64,000 nucleotides of DNA from Octopus vulgaris. Taxonomy: Eukaryota. Each line of letters begins with the position of its first letter. Position 1 is the stretch's first letter. Below the pieces are notes generated by a model. That model ran no database searches and was not told the origin of the DNA. It saw nothing but the letters and a program-made list of their open reading frames with translations. This document shows positions 37,831 through 49,905 of the stretch, in pieces. The stretch covers positions 108,810,001 to 108,874,000 of the forward strand of contig OX597817.1 of the NCBI GenBank assembly GCA_951406725.2, read 5' to 3'. The position numbers and the translations under genes are program-made.

Positions 37831-38557
37831 ATTTAGTGGGTGCAAACCGAGGCTGAACTCAGGATGTTCAAAGCGTTTTTAATTCCTCCCATCATTTTAG
37901 AGGATGCACCCCTGCAGCCTCAGTTCTCGAACTTATTTTCATCTTTCGCCTTTATCTTGCTACATATAACGATTACCTGTTACATGATTACAATCGAATA
38001 TGTAAAGGAAGGACTGAAGTGAAAGAACGTTAAGAGGTTACTATTTAAGTAGCCTGATAAGAATTAACTGGGTGGGCTCATTAAGGGCAGGTTTCCAAGA
38101 ACAAAAGAGGGTGCTTTCTGTTACAGAATGTTAGTTGCAAACTTTTGCCTTTCCTTGATTTGGTCAGATAAAATTCAATCAATAGCTATATAGTAATGTA
38201 ATCATCGGCTCTATACTTTACATGTTGCTTGTTAATAACGGTAACATTTCATTTCCATAATAAAAGAATCTGATAATCTTTTATTTATTGGTTATCATTT
38301 TTTCTTATTGTTTTTATTTTAATTTTTATATTGATGTGGGTGTGGGTCGTGGTCGGGTCGATTCGATCGACTAAACGCCCCCTTCATATTTTGTGAATTT
38401 TGCTTATGTTGAAATTACAGTTATTTCTACTTAGTCAATTATTTGATTAATGGTAACGTAACCTCTCATTATCCTGTCCCAAATAAAAAATCGTTTTCGT
38501 TTCATCACCTAATTCACTAAGAAGCATTCCTACCTCTCTTTTAAGTCCTGAATATAC

Positions 38558-38640
<83 letters not shown>

Positions 38641-39096
38641 TCTGTCTCTCTCTCTTGTTAAAAATGTGAGATGTTTTGTAAAGTATTGATTTTTTTTTCT
38701 GGAGTGCTAGCGTCAAGTTTCTTTTCTTTATATTATCTAGTTTATATTTTGACTTGAAGGTTTATTACCTCCCTTAAGTTATACCGCTTTGGGGGTAAGT
38801 TATGAACATCTTTGAATCCAATTTTTCTTCATCTGTAATACATAACTACCTATGGAATAAATGAAAATTATCTACTTAAATAAAAAACATAACTAACATT
38901 TTAATGTTAATTTTATATATTTTTAATGCATTCTATTCAGAACACTCTCGATTCTTATAATTTTACTATTTGCAACTAAGTCTCATTTCCATAATTCGTT
39001 ATCATGTGTAGCAAACGTCGATATACTATCAAATATATAGTTATTAAGCTTGGAAAATTGAGAATATAGTTATGTTTAAGATCTTGCTTAAAACAC

Positions 39097-39132
<36 letters not shown>

Positions 39133-39177
39133 GTTATATAATTAGGGCTCAGTAAAATAATTTACTTTACCACACAC

Positions 39178-39298
39178 TGAAACTTTTAGAAAAAGCAGCC
39201 AAAAAGTGTTTTAACCATTTCTTCTACTATAAGAGACTGCTCTTATAGTAGAAGAAATGGCTAAAAAAACTTTTTGGCTGCTATTTCTAAAAGTTTCA
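39178..39298. repeat. Palindrome with ~58-bp arms and a 4-nt spacer, inside a (TA)n-flanked insert
   Basis: TGAAACTTTTAGAAAAAGCAGCC...CTATAAGAG-ACTG-CTCTTATAG...GGCTGCTATTTCTAAAAGTTTCA. Confidence 0.92.
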
Positions 39299-39370
39299 AT
39301 GGTCCTTTTACATACTGAACACTACTTGGTGAAATTAATTAATAATTAATTGATTTTACCCTTTTATTAT

Positions 39371-39438
<68 letters not shown>

Positions 39439-40351
39439 ATGTATATATATGTGTGTGTATTTTCAAACTGAAATTACATATACTTATAGGTAAGCTTATG
39501 CCTAGCTTAATATATTTATAGAGTATACAATATTATATTTTATCTTTACAAGTAATTATTTATTTCTATTTTATATCGACCCTTTTCAACTCTTTGAACG
39601 AGATTATTTCAGTGTTCTGTCACCCAAAATATCGATAAAACATAATTTGTGAATAAGTTTAAATTTTATACTCAGCGATCAATGTCTAAGTTGAAGTGAG
39701 GCTATGATATAAAGTGTGGCAAATGTGTTTTCGAGTAAGTTTACAGTGTACCAGATAAGTTGGAAGATTTCAGTAGTGACGATAGTAATTAAAGAAGAGA
39801 AATAATATTCTCCAGGGACATATTTCTAAAAACATAATATGGTATTGATAGTTAACTTTTCTGATATGAATTTTATGCACTTAGATAGACAACCATTTAT
39901 CAATGTGGGAATGCGAATTGATCGAGAATGGAAATTGTAGAGTTATTGATAACATACTGCATAAAAACATCAGTACATTTTAAAGAAACATATACTTTCT
40001 GGGAGAACAAACTACTGGACGAAGATCAATAATTTAGATACTATGAGCATTATATGTCAAATCTGGGATGTATAAATGATCTGTACAAAAGCATAGACTA
40101 ATTGAAATTGGTGCAGAGAGCAATGTTGAAATATATTGTTTTGTCTGGCTTGTGTGACTTGTCTCACAGTTATTATCAAAATGGGAAATAAATTGAAGCA
40201 CGGAGGAAAATCCATTACAAATATCATGTTATAATTCTGCTTGTTACACAGTTAGTAAGTTAGCACGAGCGTTATACTCTGCCCCGGTTGCCACTGCTTT
40301 TGTTTGGATCACGTTACCGCATGAGCTAGTGGTACAAGCCTATCGATTCAG

Positions 40352-40352
<1 letters not shown>

Positions 40353-40435
<83 letters not shown>

Positions 40436-40605
40436 CACACACACACATAAGACAGGCTGCTTTCAGTTTCCGTCAACCAAATACAGTCACAAGGCTTTGG
40501 TCGGCTCGAGGCTATAGTAGATGACACTTGCCCAAGGTACCATGCAGTGAGACTGAACCCGGAACCTTGTGGTTAGTAAGCAAGTTACTTACCACCACAC
40601 CCACT

Positions 40606-40608
<3 letters not shown>
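40353..40608 (-). mobile_element. SINE family B 5' half with expanded (CA)n
   Basis: TTTCAGTTTCCGTC...CACTTGCCCAAGGT landmarks. Confidence 0.85.
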
Positions 40609-40643
<35 letters not shown>

Positions 40644-40646
40644 TAT

Positions 40647-40701
<55 letters not shown>

Positions 40702-41038
40702 AAACAACTTAAATGAACATTAAATGAACTTGGGAAAATTATATTTTGTAAATTATTGCATTTGTAAATAATTTAGTTTGCTCAAGTTTTTCTAGCTACC
40801 TTTTATATTTGTAAATTCATTTGGGTGAGTATCGCCAGGCACTGCGATATGTCACAGTGTCTGATTTCAGTATATCTGTAAAATATATTTGTGCATTATA
40901 TTTGTATTAAATATTCCTATTTACTTTATAATTATATCATTTAGAATTATATCTGAAGTGTGTTTAAGTGAAAATATATTTGTTTATAAAAGAAAATTTT
41001 ATATATTTAATTGTTACTTTTCATTTGATTCACTCAGG

Positions 41039-41357
41039 GGTGATGTGTGAACAGAATTTGATCTAGCAAATGTGAAACTACATCGTGAACAATTTTCCAC
41101 CAAAAAATTACTACAAGAATTTATCTTACATCAATGAACACCCCGGAAAGTATTGTCGCATTTAACGTGTTGCTTCCTGTTGAAATAATACTTTCAGTGT
41201 GTTGAGTTTGGTTGCAGCGGAAATTAATTTTTTAAAGATGAAATATAAAAGTTTGTAGAGGTTGCCTATTCCATCGAATATCCTCAGCTCCAGCTTGTAA
41301 ACCATCATCAGATGAATAACAAAACCAGATTTAAAATTGATGTATCGGTTTATAAAA
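41039..41357 (+). pseudogene. Decayed exon-like segment
   Basis: Pyrimidine-rich ...CACTCAG acceptor and AAA|GTATGT donor. One frame reads GDV*TEFDLANVKLHREQF...RFKIDVSVYK with several stops. Confidence 0.3.
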
Positions 41358-42954
41358 GTATGTGGATGGTTTCACCACACATGTTGGACGACCACATACC
41401 ATATCGATATGATATCGGTGGATGAGGAGGACAGACCGGGACTGAGCTCAACGGGTCACCTGGGAGGACACGGATATACAGAAAAATAGTGGATGCAGCA
41501 ACGCGCTATATCGGCGCATGCGACCTAAGTTGATTTAAAGGAATCGAAGTCAATATATATATATATATTTGCTGAATTAGGTAAAATCCAGTTTCCGTGG
41601 AAACCAGTGGTGGTGTGCGTTAGCAAAAGTCGATTCATCAAAGGTTGTAAAAAAAAAATTACAATGTGTTGTTACGCTGTGAAAGATGAAACATCTAACG
41701 TTTCTGACAGTTTTGCAACATTGCTATCAGTCTTGACACTGATTTTCTCTGACGAGTGACTAATATATGAAACACTAGATTTTTTCCATTCTTTGTGACA
41801 ACAAGCACGTTTTAATTTACTGTTTCGTACAAACATATGAAGAAATGGAGAGCAAAACAGCGGGGAATCGAAATGTTAAATATAAAGAAAGAGATAAAGA
41901 GAGAAGAGTTGTTTCAGCAGTCGAGCACAAAAGGTAAAAGTTAATGGAAAACTATAATGATTTTTTTTTACAAGCAAGTATTTATTATTTCAAAAATGTA
42001 TATTTTTAGTGTTTCCAATAAAGATCTCCATGATTAATAACTAGTTTTCATAGTGATTTTTGCAACTGAGGATATAAATAGATTCTGTCGAACTAAACTG
42101 AATGAATGTCAATGATGCATCTCTTGGTATGATGCTTCTAATCTAATGAAGTCAGTCAGAAAATATTTTCTACCAGACAAAGTACGCCATCACGAAAAAG
42201 ACAAAAATTCAAAAATCTCATGAGAAAGCTATAATCGATGAAGACAATCTATATAGGAGAGTGCATTTTTAATTTTTTTGTGTGTTTTTATCACAGACTG
42301 AACTAAGGAGCAGATCCTACATATATTTACAATAGATAATGATTTGTTCGAATGAAAGTATGGAAACATCACGCTGGTAGTGTTACATTCACATTCTAGC
42401 AGGAGAAAGCTGCTTTCTATCTCATGGCAACTGTTGTAGATATGACAAGTATTGAAATGAATTACCGAATGGTATTATCTGGAAATTTGAACTAGTAAAG
42501 TCCATGACTTGAGTTTTAAGACAGTGAGATGTGTGCAATTCACAAAGGAACATAGAAATCGATAATTACATACATTGCATACACCAACGCATAAGAAGTG
42601 CTATATTCCAATTTGAAGCATGTAGTAGTTGAAACCATGCATACGTTCTCAATAAAACTAGTAAACAATCTATTTGGAACAACCACTGCCAAATTCGCAC
42701 CGACACAGCCTGCCAAAGAAAGCAGAAATGTGTTCAAACACAATATGCAACACATATACACACGCACACACTCACACACACAAACACACACAACACAAAA
42801 AAACACACACACAAACACACACACGCACAAATACACACGCATATATATATGTGTATGTGTATGTATATATATGTATATTTATATACATATATACTTACAT
42901 ATACATACACATATACACACACACACAAATACACACATACGTATATACATCTGT

Positions 42955-43196
42955 GCGTGTGTGTGAGTATGTGTATGTATATGTGTGTATATTTTTGTGT
43001 CTGTGTTTGTTCCCCCCATCTCCGCTTGATAGCCAGTATTACTGTGTGTCTGCGCATATTGGTGGTTCGGTGGGGAGACCAATAGAGTAAGTACTAAGAT
43101 TAAAGAAAATAAGTTCTGGGTCGATTTGTTCGACTAAATGCTTCAAGTCGGTACTCCGGCATAGCCTCAGTCGAATGACTGAAAGAAGTAAAAGAA
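42955..43196 (+). mobile_element. SINE family B 3' half
   Basis: GTGTCTGTGTTTGTTCCCCC...GAATGACTGAAAGAAGTAAAAG. Confidence 0.8.
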
Positions 43197-43259
43197 AAAA
43201 ACGAAAAAAACAAACACATACACACATATGTTCTTTCATTCATTTATTCATTTCTTGCT

Positions 43260-43299
<40 letters not shown>

Positions 43300-43932
43300 C
43301 GTGTGTGTAAAAAGGTTGAATTAGATTCGTCTTTTAATTTGGAGGTTTCCAAAACAAAGATTTCTACTATAGATTCTTCATATTTTGCTGGTAGCATTAC
43401 TGGCGTAAAATTGCGATTATGAAAATAATACTTGTATACGGTGTGTTGTGAATTTATGGAAAGGAATCCCATAAAGCTCAACAATTTCGATAAAAATGGA
43501 GAAGAGAAGGTGTTAAAATATTTAAGGGAATTTTCATTCATGCGGACGACCGTTTCGTATAGCGATATGAAAATCATGCAAATTCATGGTAGATTAAATC
43601 AAATTAAATTAATTATATATCACTGTACTCTTCAGTACAAGAAGTATAAGCAACATTTTTACAGAGGATTTGAGAAAGGAAAAAGCAGAAGAGAATCTAG
43701 GAGATACATATTTATCCTTATGAGGAAGAAAGATTTGTGTGAGTCCAGTTAGGTATTAACTAAAACTAAAGGCTATAACGGTTATTTGAAACTATAAGTG
43801 AGAGAGGTTTTAGAGATGTTCCCTCTATAGACGAGTAAGGAGATTAGAAATTCTAACACCAAATATGTCGTGTAGGGAAAAGATCGTATAGAAATGTCCA
43901 ATGGAAAAGCATGGTTATATTCGAATTAAGAT

Positions 43933-44162
43933 ATGACGAGCTGGCAGAAACGTTAGCACGCCGGGCGAAATGCGTAGCCGTATTTCTTCTGCCGTTACGT
44001 TGTGAGTTCAAATTCCGCCGAGGTCGACTTTGCCTTTCATCCTTTCGGGGTCGATAAATTAAGAACCAGTTACGTAATGGAGTCGATGTAATCGACTTAA
44101 TCCGTTCGTCTGTCCTTGTTTGTCCCCTCTATGTTTAGCCCCTTGTGGGCAATAAAGAAATA
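43933..44162 (+). mobile_element. SINE family A monomer with a 17-bp TSD
   Basis: TATATT(C/T)GAATTAAGAT at 43916-43932 and 44163-44179. Confidence 0.93.
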
Positions 44163-44949
44163 TATATTTGAATTAAGATTTGAGCTGACAGAAGCAATAC
44201 TTAGTGTGGTGTAGATTAAAAAAATTTAATACGTGAGATTGAAGTTAAACTAGAGGAGATAGTGTATAAAGAGTTCCTGTATTGTTAATGTAAACAAGTG
44301 TTATAGAGGCAAAATGGATTAAGGAGAGAATAAGATTCATGAAATGGATTAGTGTTTGCACAAGAACTAATATTCGTTAGTATGGATTAAATATAAGGTA
44401 TTAAAATAAGTAAAGACCGGAAAAATAGTCGTTAACATTACTATTAGATAGTAAATACTTGCTGTGGCTATAAATATGAAGAAAAAGCGCTCAGGGATTT
44501 ATTATCGTATGTAGAAATACGGATAAATAACAATGTAGAGAAGACAAATGGCCTGGGAATGAAAAAAAGAGAAAAGAGGGTTTAATTTATATGTAACTAT
44601 GTTTTAGTATAAATAAAAAATATGTGGTAAAGAACTAGCTTGTACTAGGGATATATAGTGGTATCCGGTTTGCATTAATATTGAAGTAATAGAGCAGTTT
44701 TGAGTATTATGAATATAAGAGGAATTACGAGTTTAGGGGTGCACATAAGTATACAAAAACATTTATACACAATGTCCTATAAAATCTTATAGGGAAAATA
44801 TTGTTAGTATATTTAATTATGCGTGAGTAGAGGAATATCTGCACATTAGAAAACACATATTGGAATTCCAGTTGTTTTTTGATTAGGGAATACATAAAGG
44901 AACGAACACTGTATAAGAGTATATATACTCATACCGGTGCAGCCACCCA

Positions 44950-45440
44950 AATACACTCACAAGTCTTTAGTCGACCAGGGTCTATAATTGAATACACTCT
45001 TCCAAGGTGCTACACAATGCGACTGAACCAGGAACCCTAAGTTTGAGAAGCAATCTTCTTGCTACACAACGTGGCTGTGTACTAAGGGCTTTGCTCCCCA
45101 ACGAACTTATTTCTGGTTCAGTCTCCTTATGTGACACTTTGGACAGGTGTCTTTTACCAGAGACTCCGTTTGACCGAAGCCTTTTGAGTGGAATTCGTTG
45201 ACGGAAACTAATGTATTTTTACTTACATAAATGACTGCGTTTTTTTGTGTTCGTGTTTGTCCTGAGCCATTGCTTGACAACAGGTATTGGTTTGTTTACA
45301 TCGACGCAACTTTGCTGTTCGGTAAAAAGAGATGTTAGATTAATACTAAGCCAAAAGAAAAAGTAATTACTGCGGTGGATTTATTCGACTAAACTTTGAG
45401 AACGATGCCCCAGCATGGCCGCAATCTCATGACCGACACA
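44950..45440. mobile_element. Two degenerate family B SINEs head to head
   Basis: Minus copy ~44950-45068 and plus copy ~45071-45440. Confidence 0.65.
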
Positions 45441-46012
45441 AAGAAATGTATAAGAAAAGTATATGTATATTCTTTCACTTATGTGCGTGTTTACATATAG
45501 TGAGACATGCGTGGATTTGGAGAGTTTTAACTCTTCTTTCTAGCAATCATGTGCATATTGTACTCTGACTTTTGATAGATATTTTGCCTATCTGGTTACG
45601 TTTGCTGGCCACTTTATCATTATTTTTGAAAAAGATAATGATAACTTATTTGCATTTTGAACTTATACTTGCTCGCTAATGTTCGTTTGGAAGTCGCGGG
45701 ACCTTCAGGTGAACAGACGCGTACGGAATGGTAAATATAATTTTAAAAACAGTTTGCGTTTTAAGTGTCTTTCAGAACAGAAAGCGAAATCAATTGATAC
45801 TGGGATATCTACTCTCCTCTTTGTAGTTTTACAAACGGGAACCACTGTTTTACTGTAGCATATTTGCTACATTCTCTGTGCACGTTTAGACATAGTGAGA
45901 GATGCGTGGCTTTGGGGAGTTTTAACTCTTCTTTCTAGCAAACAGGCGCATGTTGAACCTTCAATTTTAATATATATATAAATTTGATTCGGATTCCGTG
46001 GTGCTACAAGTT

Positions 46013-46047
<35 letters not shown>

Positions 46048-46186
46048 CACACACATATATATGTATATATGTATCTCTGCCTCTGTCTTTCTTCTTCTTC
46101 TTCTTCTTCTTCTTCTTCTTCTTCTTCTTCTTCTTCTTCTTCTTCTTCTTCTTCTACTTCTTCTTCCCTCTCTCTCTCTCTCTCTC

Positions 46187-46218
<32 letters not shown>

Positions 46219-46787
46219 CTTTGATACTTTGATAGGTTTCGGCCATTATTGGCCCAGGCCATGTCCAACTTAATGGCACCACCTAATCTTTTCTTGTTTC
46301 AAGGGCTTAGTTGAACAAATTAATCCTAATACTTATTCATTATGTCTGGTACTTATTCTGTCGGACCCTTTGCATGACCGTTAGGTTACGAGGAAGTCAA
46401 GAATGCTATATCAGGAGAAAGTACCCCCCCCCACACACACACATATATATATATACCACAGGTTTCAACAAAGTTTCGTTTTAACAATTTACTTTTCGAA
46501 CTGTTGTGCAAATTTTACAAATCAGATTCTCTGTGTATTAGTTTGGGTACTCTAAAAATTGCTACAATTATTATTAACTTTGTTGATACAACAAGGCTAT
46601 TCTCTCACAGATGTTGGTCTAAGCAAACTACAAACCTATCAGGTTAATCTCACTTTTTCTGTCTCCGAAAAAGTTACAGTTTATTGTGTAAGGAATGTGT
46701 ACTGTACTCTCTCCACAGCCATGTCGAAATTGCATGTGTGTATGTGTGTGTGTTTGAGTGAACAAACAGGATAAAAAGTACTTTTTT

Positions 46788-47172
46788 TCTTTTACTTGTT
46801 TCAGTCATTTGACTGCGGCCATGCTGGAGCACCGCCTTTAGTCGATCAAGACTTATTCTTTGTAAGCCTAGTACTTATTCTAACGGTCTGTTTTGCCGAA
46901 CCGCTAAGCTACGGGGACATAAACACACCAGCATCGGTTATCAAGCGATGTTGGGGGCACAAACACAGACACACAAACATACACACACACACACATATAT
47001 ATATATATACATATATACGACGGGCTACTTTCAGTTTCCGTCTACCAAATCCACTCACAAGGCTTTGGTCGGCCCGAAGCTATAGTAGAAGACACTTGCC
47101 CAAGGTGCCACGCAGTGTGACTGAACCCGGAACCATGTGGTTGGTAAGCAAGCTACGTACCACACAGCCACA
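46788..47172 (-). mobile_element. SINE family B, near full length
   Basis: Close match to 35866-36280, inverted. Confidence 0.92.
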
Positions 47173-48529
47173 TGGGTGAGATTATTTTTTATAGTCTTGA
47201 GTTTACACTCTGTTCCTACATGGGGTCTCGCTACATCTCACAGATCATGCAAAACTTATCGTAGCAATAGACTGCACGCTCAGTACTATTACAAATATAA
47301 TAATTATATAATGAATTTTAAACACACTCACACACACATATACACACAGAGGTACGTACGATGCGCATGCCCACGCAAGTATATATGCACACTTGGTATT
47401 TAAATGCAAATGCAGTTATTGATATTTTTACATAGTATGACTGCATCAGGTTTCTTGTTACGGGGATGGTGTTAATAGTTGCCCCCCGAAGGAATTAATA
47501 TCCAAAGTGAAGTGAAATTGAGTCAAGTAAGAATCGAAACGCGTTACTGAAGCATATCACCCTGAGCGTATTCATGATGATCACATGTTTGTTATCAGAA
47601 GGTAGCCTGTACTATAAGCATTGTCATGACCTGGTTTCTCGTGATATGTGGTATATCAGGATTGAAGCAGAGTCATTGGAATCATGTAGCTTAATTAGAG
47701 TTTAATTTTGTGCTTGTAGCTACTGTTTGCAATATAAGAGTTATCTGAAAGTCATTGTAATAATATGTATTTCATTGTAAGTAATATGTGAATCATTCGA
47801 ATATAGACAAAACGGAAATATTAAGTAAAAGTAAAAAAAAAATTGAAAAATTAAGCAACCTCAAATATTATATCATTGTCCCATTAAAGCAAATTACTTC
47901 CTTATGATGATTCCCATTAATTGCAAAATGATCTTCTAGATCAAAGAAATTAGAATATTGTAATATTATAGAAAATTGTTGGAAGATAAAAATTTATTCT
48001 TGCATAGTTTCATTTATTCGTAAATATGATTACTATAAACGTCTATTAGAAAGCAGTTACACGTAATGGAATCGTTTTTAAAATAGAATATATTACTGAT
48101 TGACAAGTAATAACAAAAGATTCTATCTCTACAATAAGCGTGGCCAAAGTCCGGTGAATGCAAAACAGGCTTCTCTAAAATGTTAGCGTTTCAGTCCTGC
48201 TGTGTGACAGATTAGGCAAATCCCTTTCACTGTACCATAGAGTTAATACATACTCTCTAAATAGAATCTGGTAGACGCGAACTGAGCGAAAGAAAGCTAA
48301 TCTCTCTGTCAGTCTGTCTATTGTCTGTCTCACTTTCACCCCACCACACACATACACACTCACACTCACACTCACAAACACACACAGGCGCGCGCACACA
48401 CGCACACATGCACGCTCGCATACATTTTAACTTGTGCGCGCGCGCGTATGTGGATGTGCATATACATATGCATTAAAATTTGTAAATACATCTGTCTGTA
48501 TGTCTCTCTCTGTATATATATATATATAT

Positions 48530-48832
48530 CACGTGATCACGTGACCGACCAGACCATCAGATGTTGTTACACATCGCTGGTCACAATGCGTTCGCATTGT
48601 TTTAGCCTTCGAATGACGCCATCCCGCTGGCTAAGCGAGCAGGCCAACAGAAGAAAGAATGGAAGAAAGAGTGGTGAAAGAGTACAGCAGGGATCACCAC
48701 CATCCCCTGCCGGAGAATCGTGGAGCTTTTAGGTGTTTTCGCTCAATAAACACTCACAACGCCTAGTCTGGGAATCGAAGCCGCGATCCTACGACCGCGA
48801 GTCCGCTGCCCTAACCACTGGGCCATTGCGCC
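48530..48832 (-). mobile_element. tRNA-derived SINE family C, full length
   Basis: Head GGCGCAATGGCCCAGTGGTTAGGGCAGCGG...GGCTTCGATTCCC; 3' end TCACGTGATCACGTG followed by (TA)n. Confidence 0.88.
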
Positions 48833-48846
48833 ACACACACACACGC

Positions 48847-48883
<37 letters not shown>

Positions 48884-49724
48884 TATATTTATAATTATAT
48901 TAATTTATATATGTATGTGTGTGTGTAAGTTATAATAATGAAATAAAACAAAGGGTGATTATGTTGAAATCATTTAATACTCAAGTTTCACGTTTGCCTA
49001 GTATATAATATATATTACACAATATATGTGCGTTATATATTATATAATACACAAGCAGAAATAGGACGGACTGTTACACACGTACACACATACACACATA
49101 CACACAAACATACAGTGGATGAAATTATGGTAATACGTGTATCTCTTTTAATTATCTAGTCTTGTGACAGTAAAATGTTCTGTATATGTTTTCTTTCTCA
49201 CCATCCGCTGCCTTTTCTCTGAGTCTATAAAGCCATTCACCTGTACTCCTTCACAATTTTTAAACTGTCACGATAAATGAAATTTTATTTCTGCTTTGAT
49301 TGATGTTGCATACTTATCTACCATTCTTACATTAGCTTAACATTGCTATCCCGTTTTATGGTAATTTCTCCCGCACACTTTCCTTCCTTGGTTTGTATCC
49401 CTATTTCACAAATTCGCTTATTTCGTTATCTCTCAGGAAAATGTTCAATATTTCAAATTTCATTGAATTCACTATTTCCTCACTCCCACAGTAAGAATCA
49501 GAGCATATCCAAGACCATATTAACCTATGTCCTGATGTCTATTTTTTCCTTTTGAAATGGACAGTAGTGGCGTAAAATGAGAAAGATTTGGCTACTATCT
49601 CATGTAGAACGGGCACGAAAAAGCTCAGAGGATCTGAAAGAAAGTGTTGTGAATTTGGTCACAATTTAACAAATCATGTAAGAAAGAATAACCCTTTATT
49701 ATTTTGAAACAAGTCCATCTATTT

Positions 49725-49905
49725 TGAAGGGTGCGTAAGTTAGTTACATCGACCCCAGTTTTCAACTGGTACTTATTTTATCGACCATGAAAGAATGAAA
49801 GGCAAAGTCGACCTCGGCGGAATTTGAACTCAGAACGTAAAGAGGGACGAGATGCCACTGAGCATTTTGTATGGCGTGCTAACGATTCTGCCAGCTCACC
49901 TCCTT
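49725..49905 (-). mobile_element. SINE family A
   Basis: GGCAAAGTCGACCTCGGCGGAATTTGAACTCAGAACG. Confidence 0.85.

Noticed and set aside
41749-41782. CTGACGA...GAAAC as a hammerhead
   Set aside because: No stable stem II or stem I, and no NUH cleavage triplet.
48760-48832. tRNA gene
   Set aside because: It is the tRNA-like head of a SINE that continues into body and tail; no complete cloverleaf is evident.
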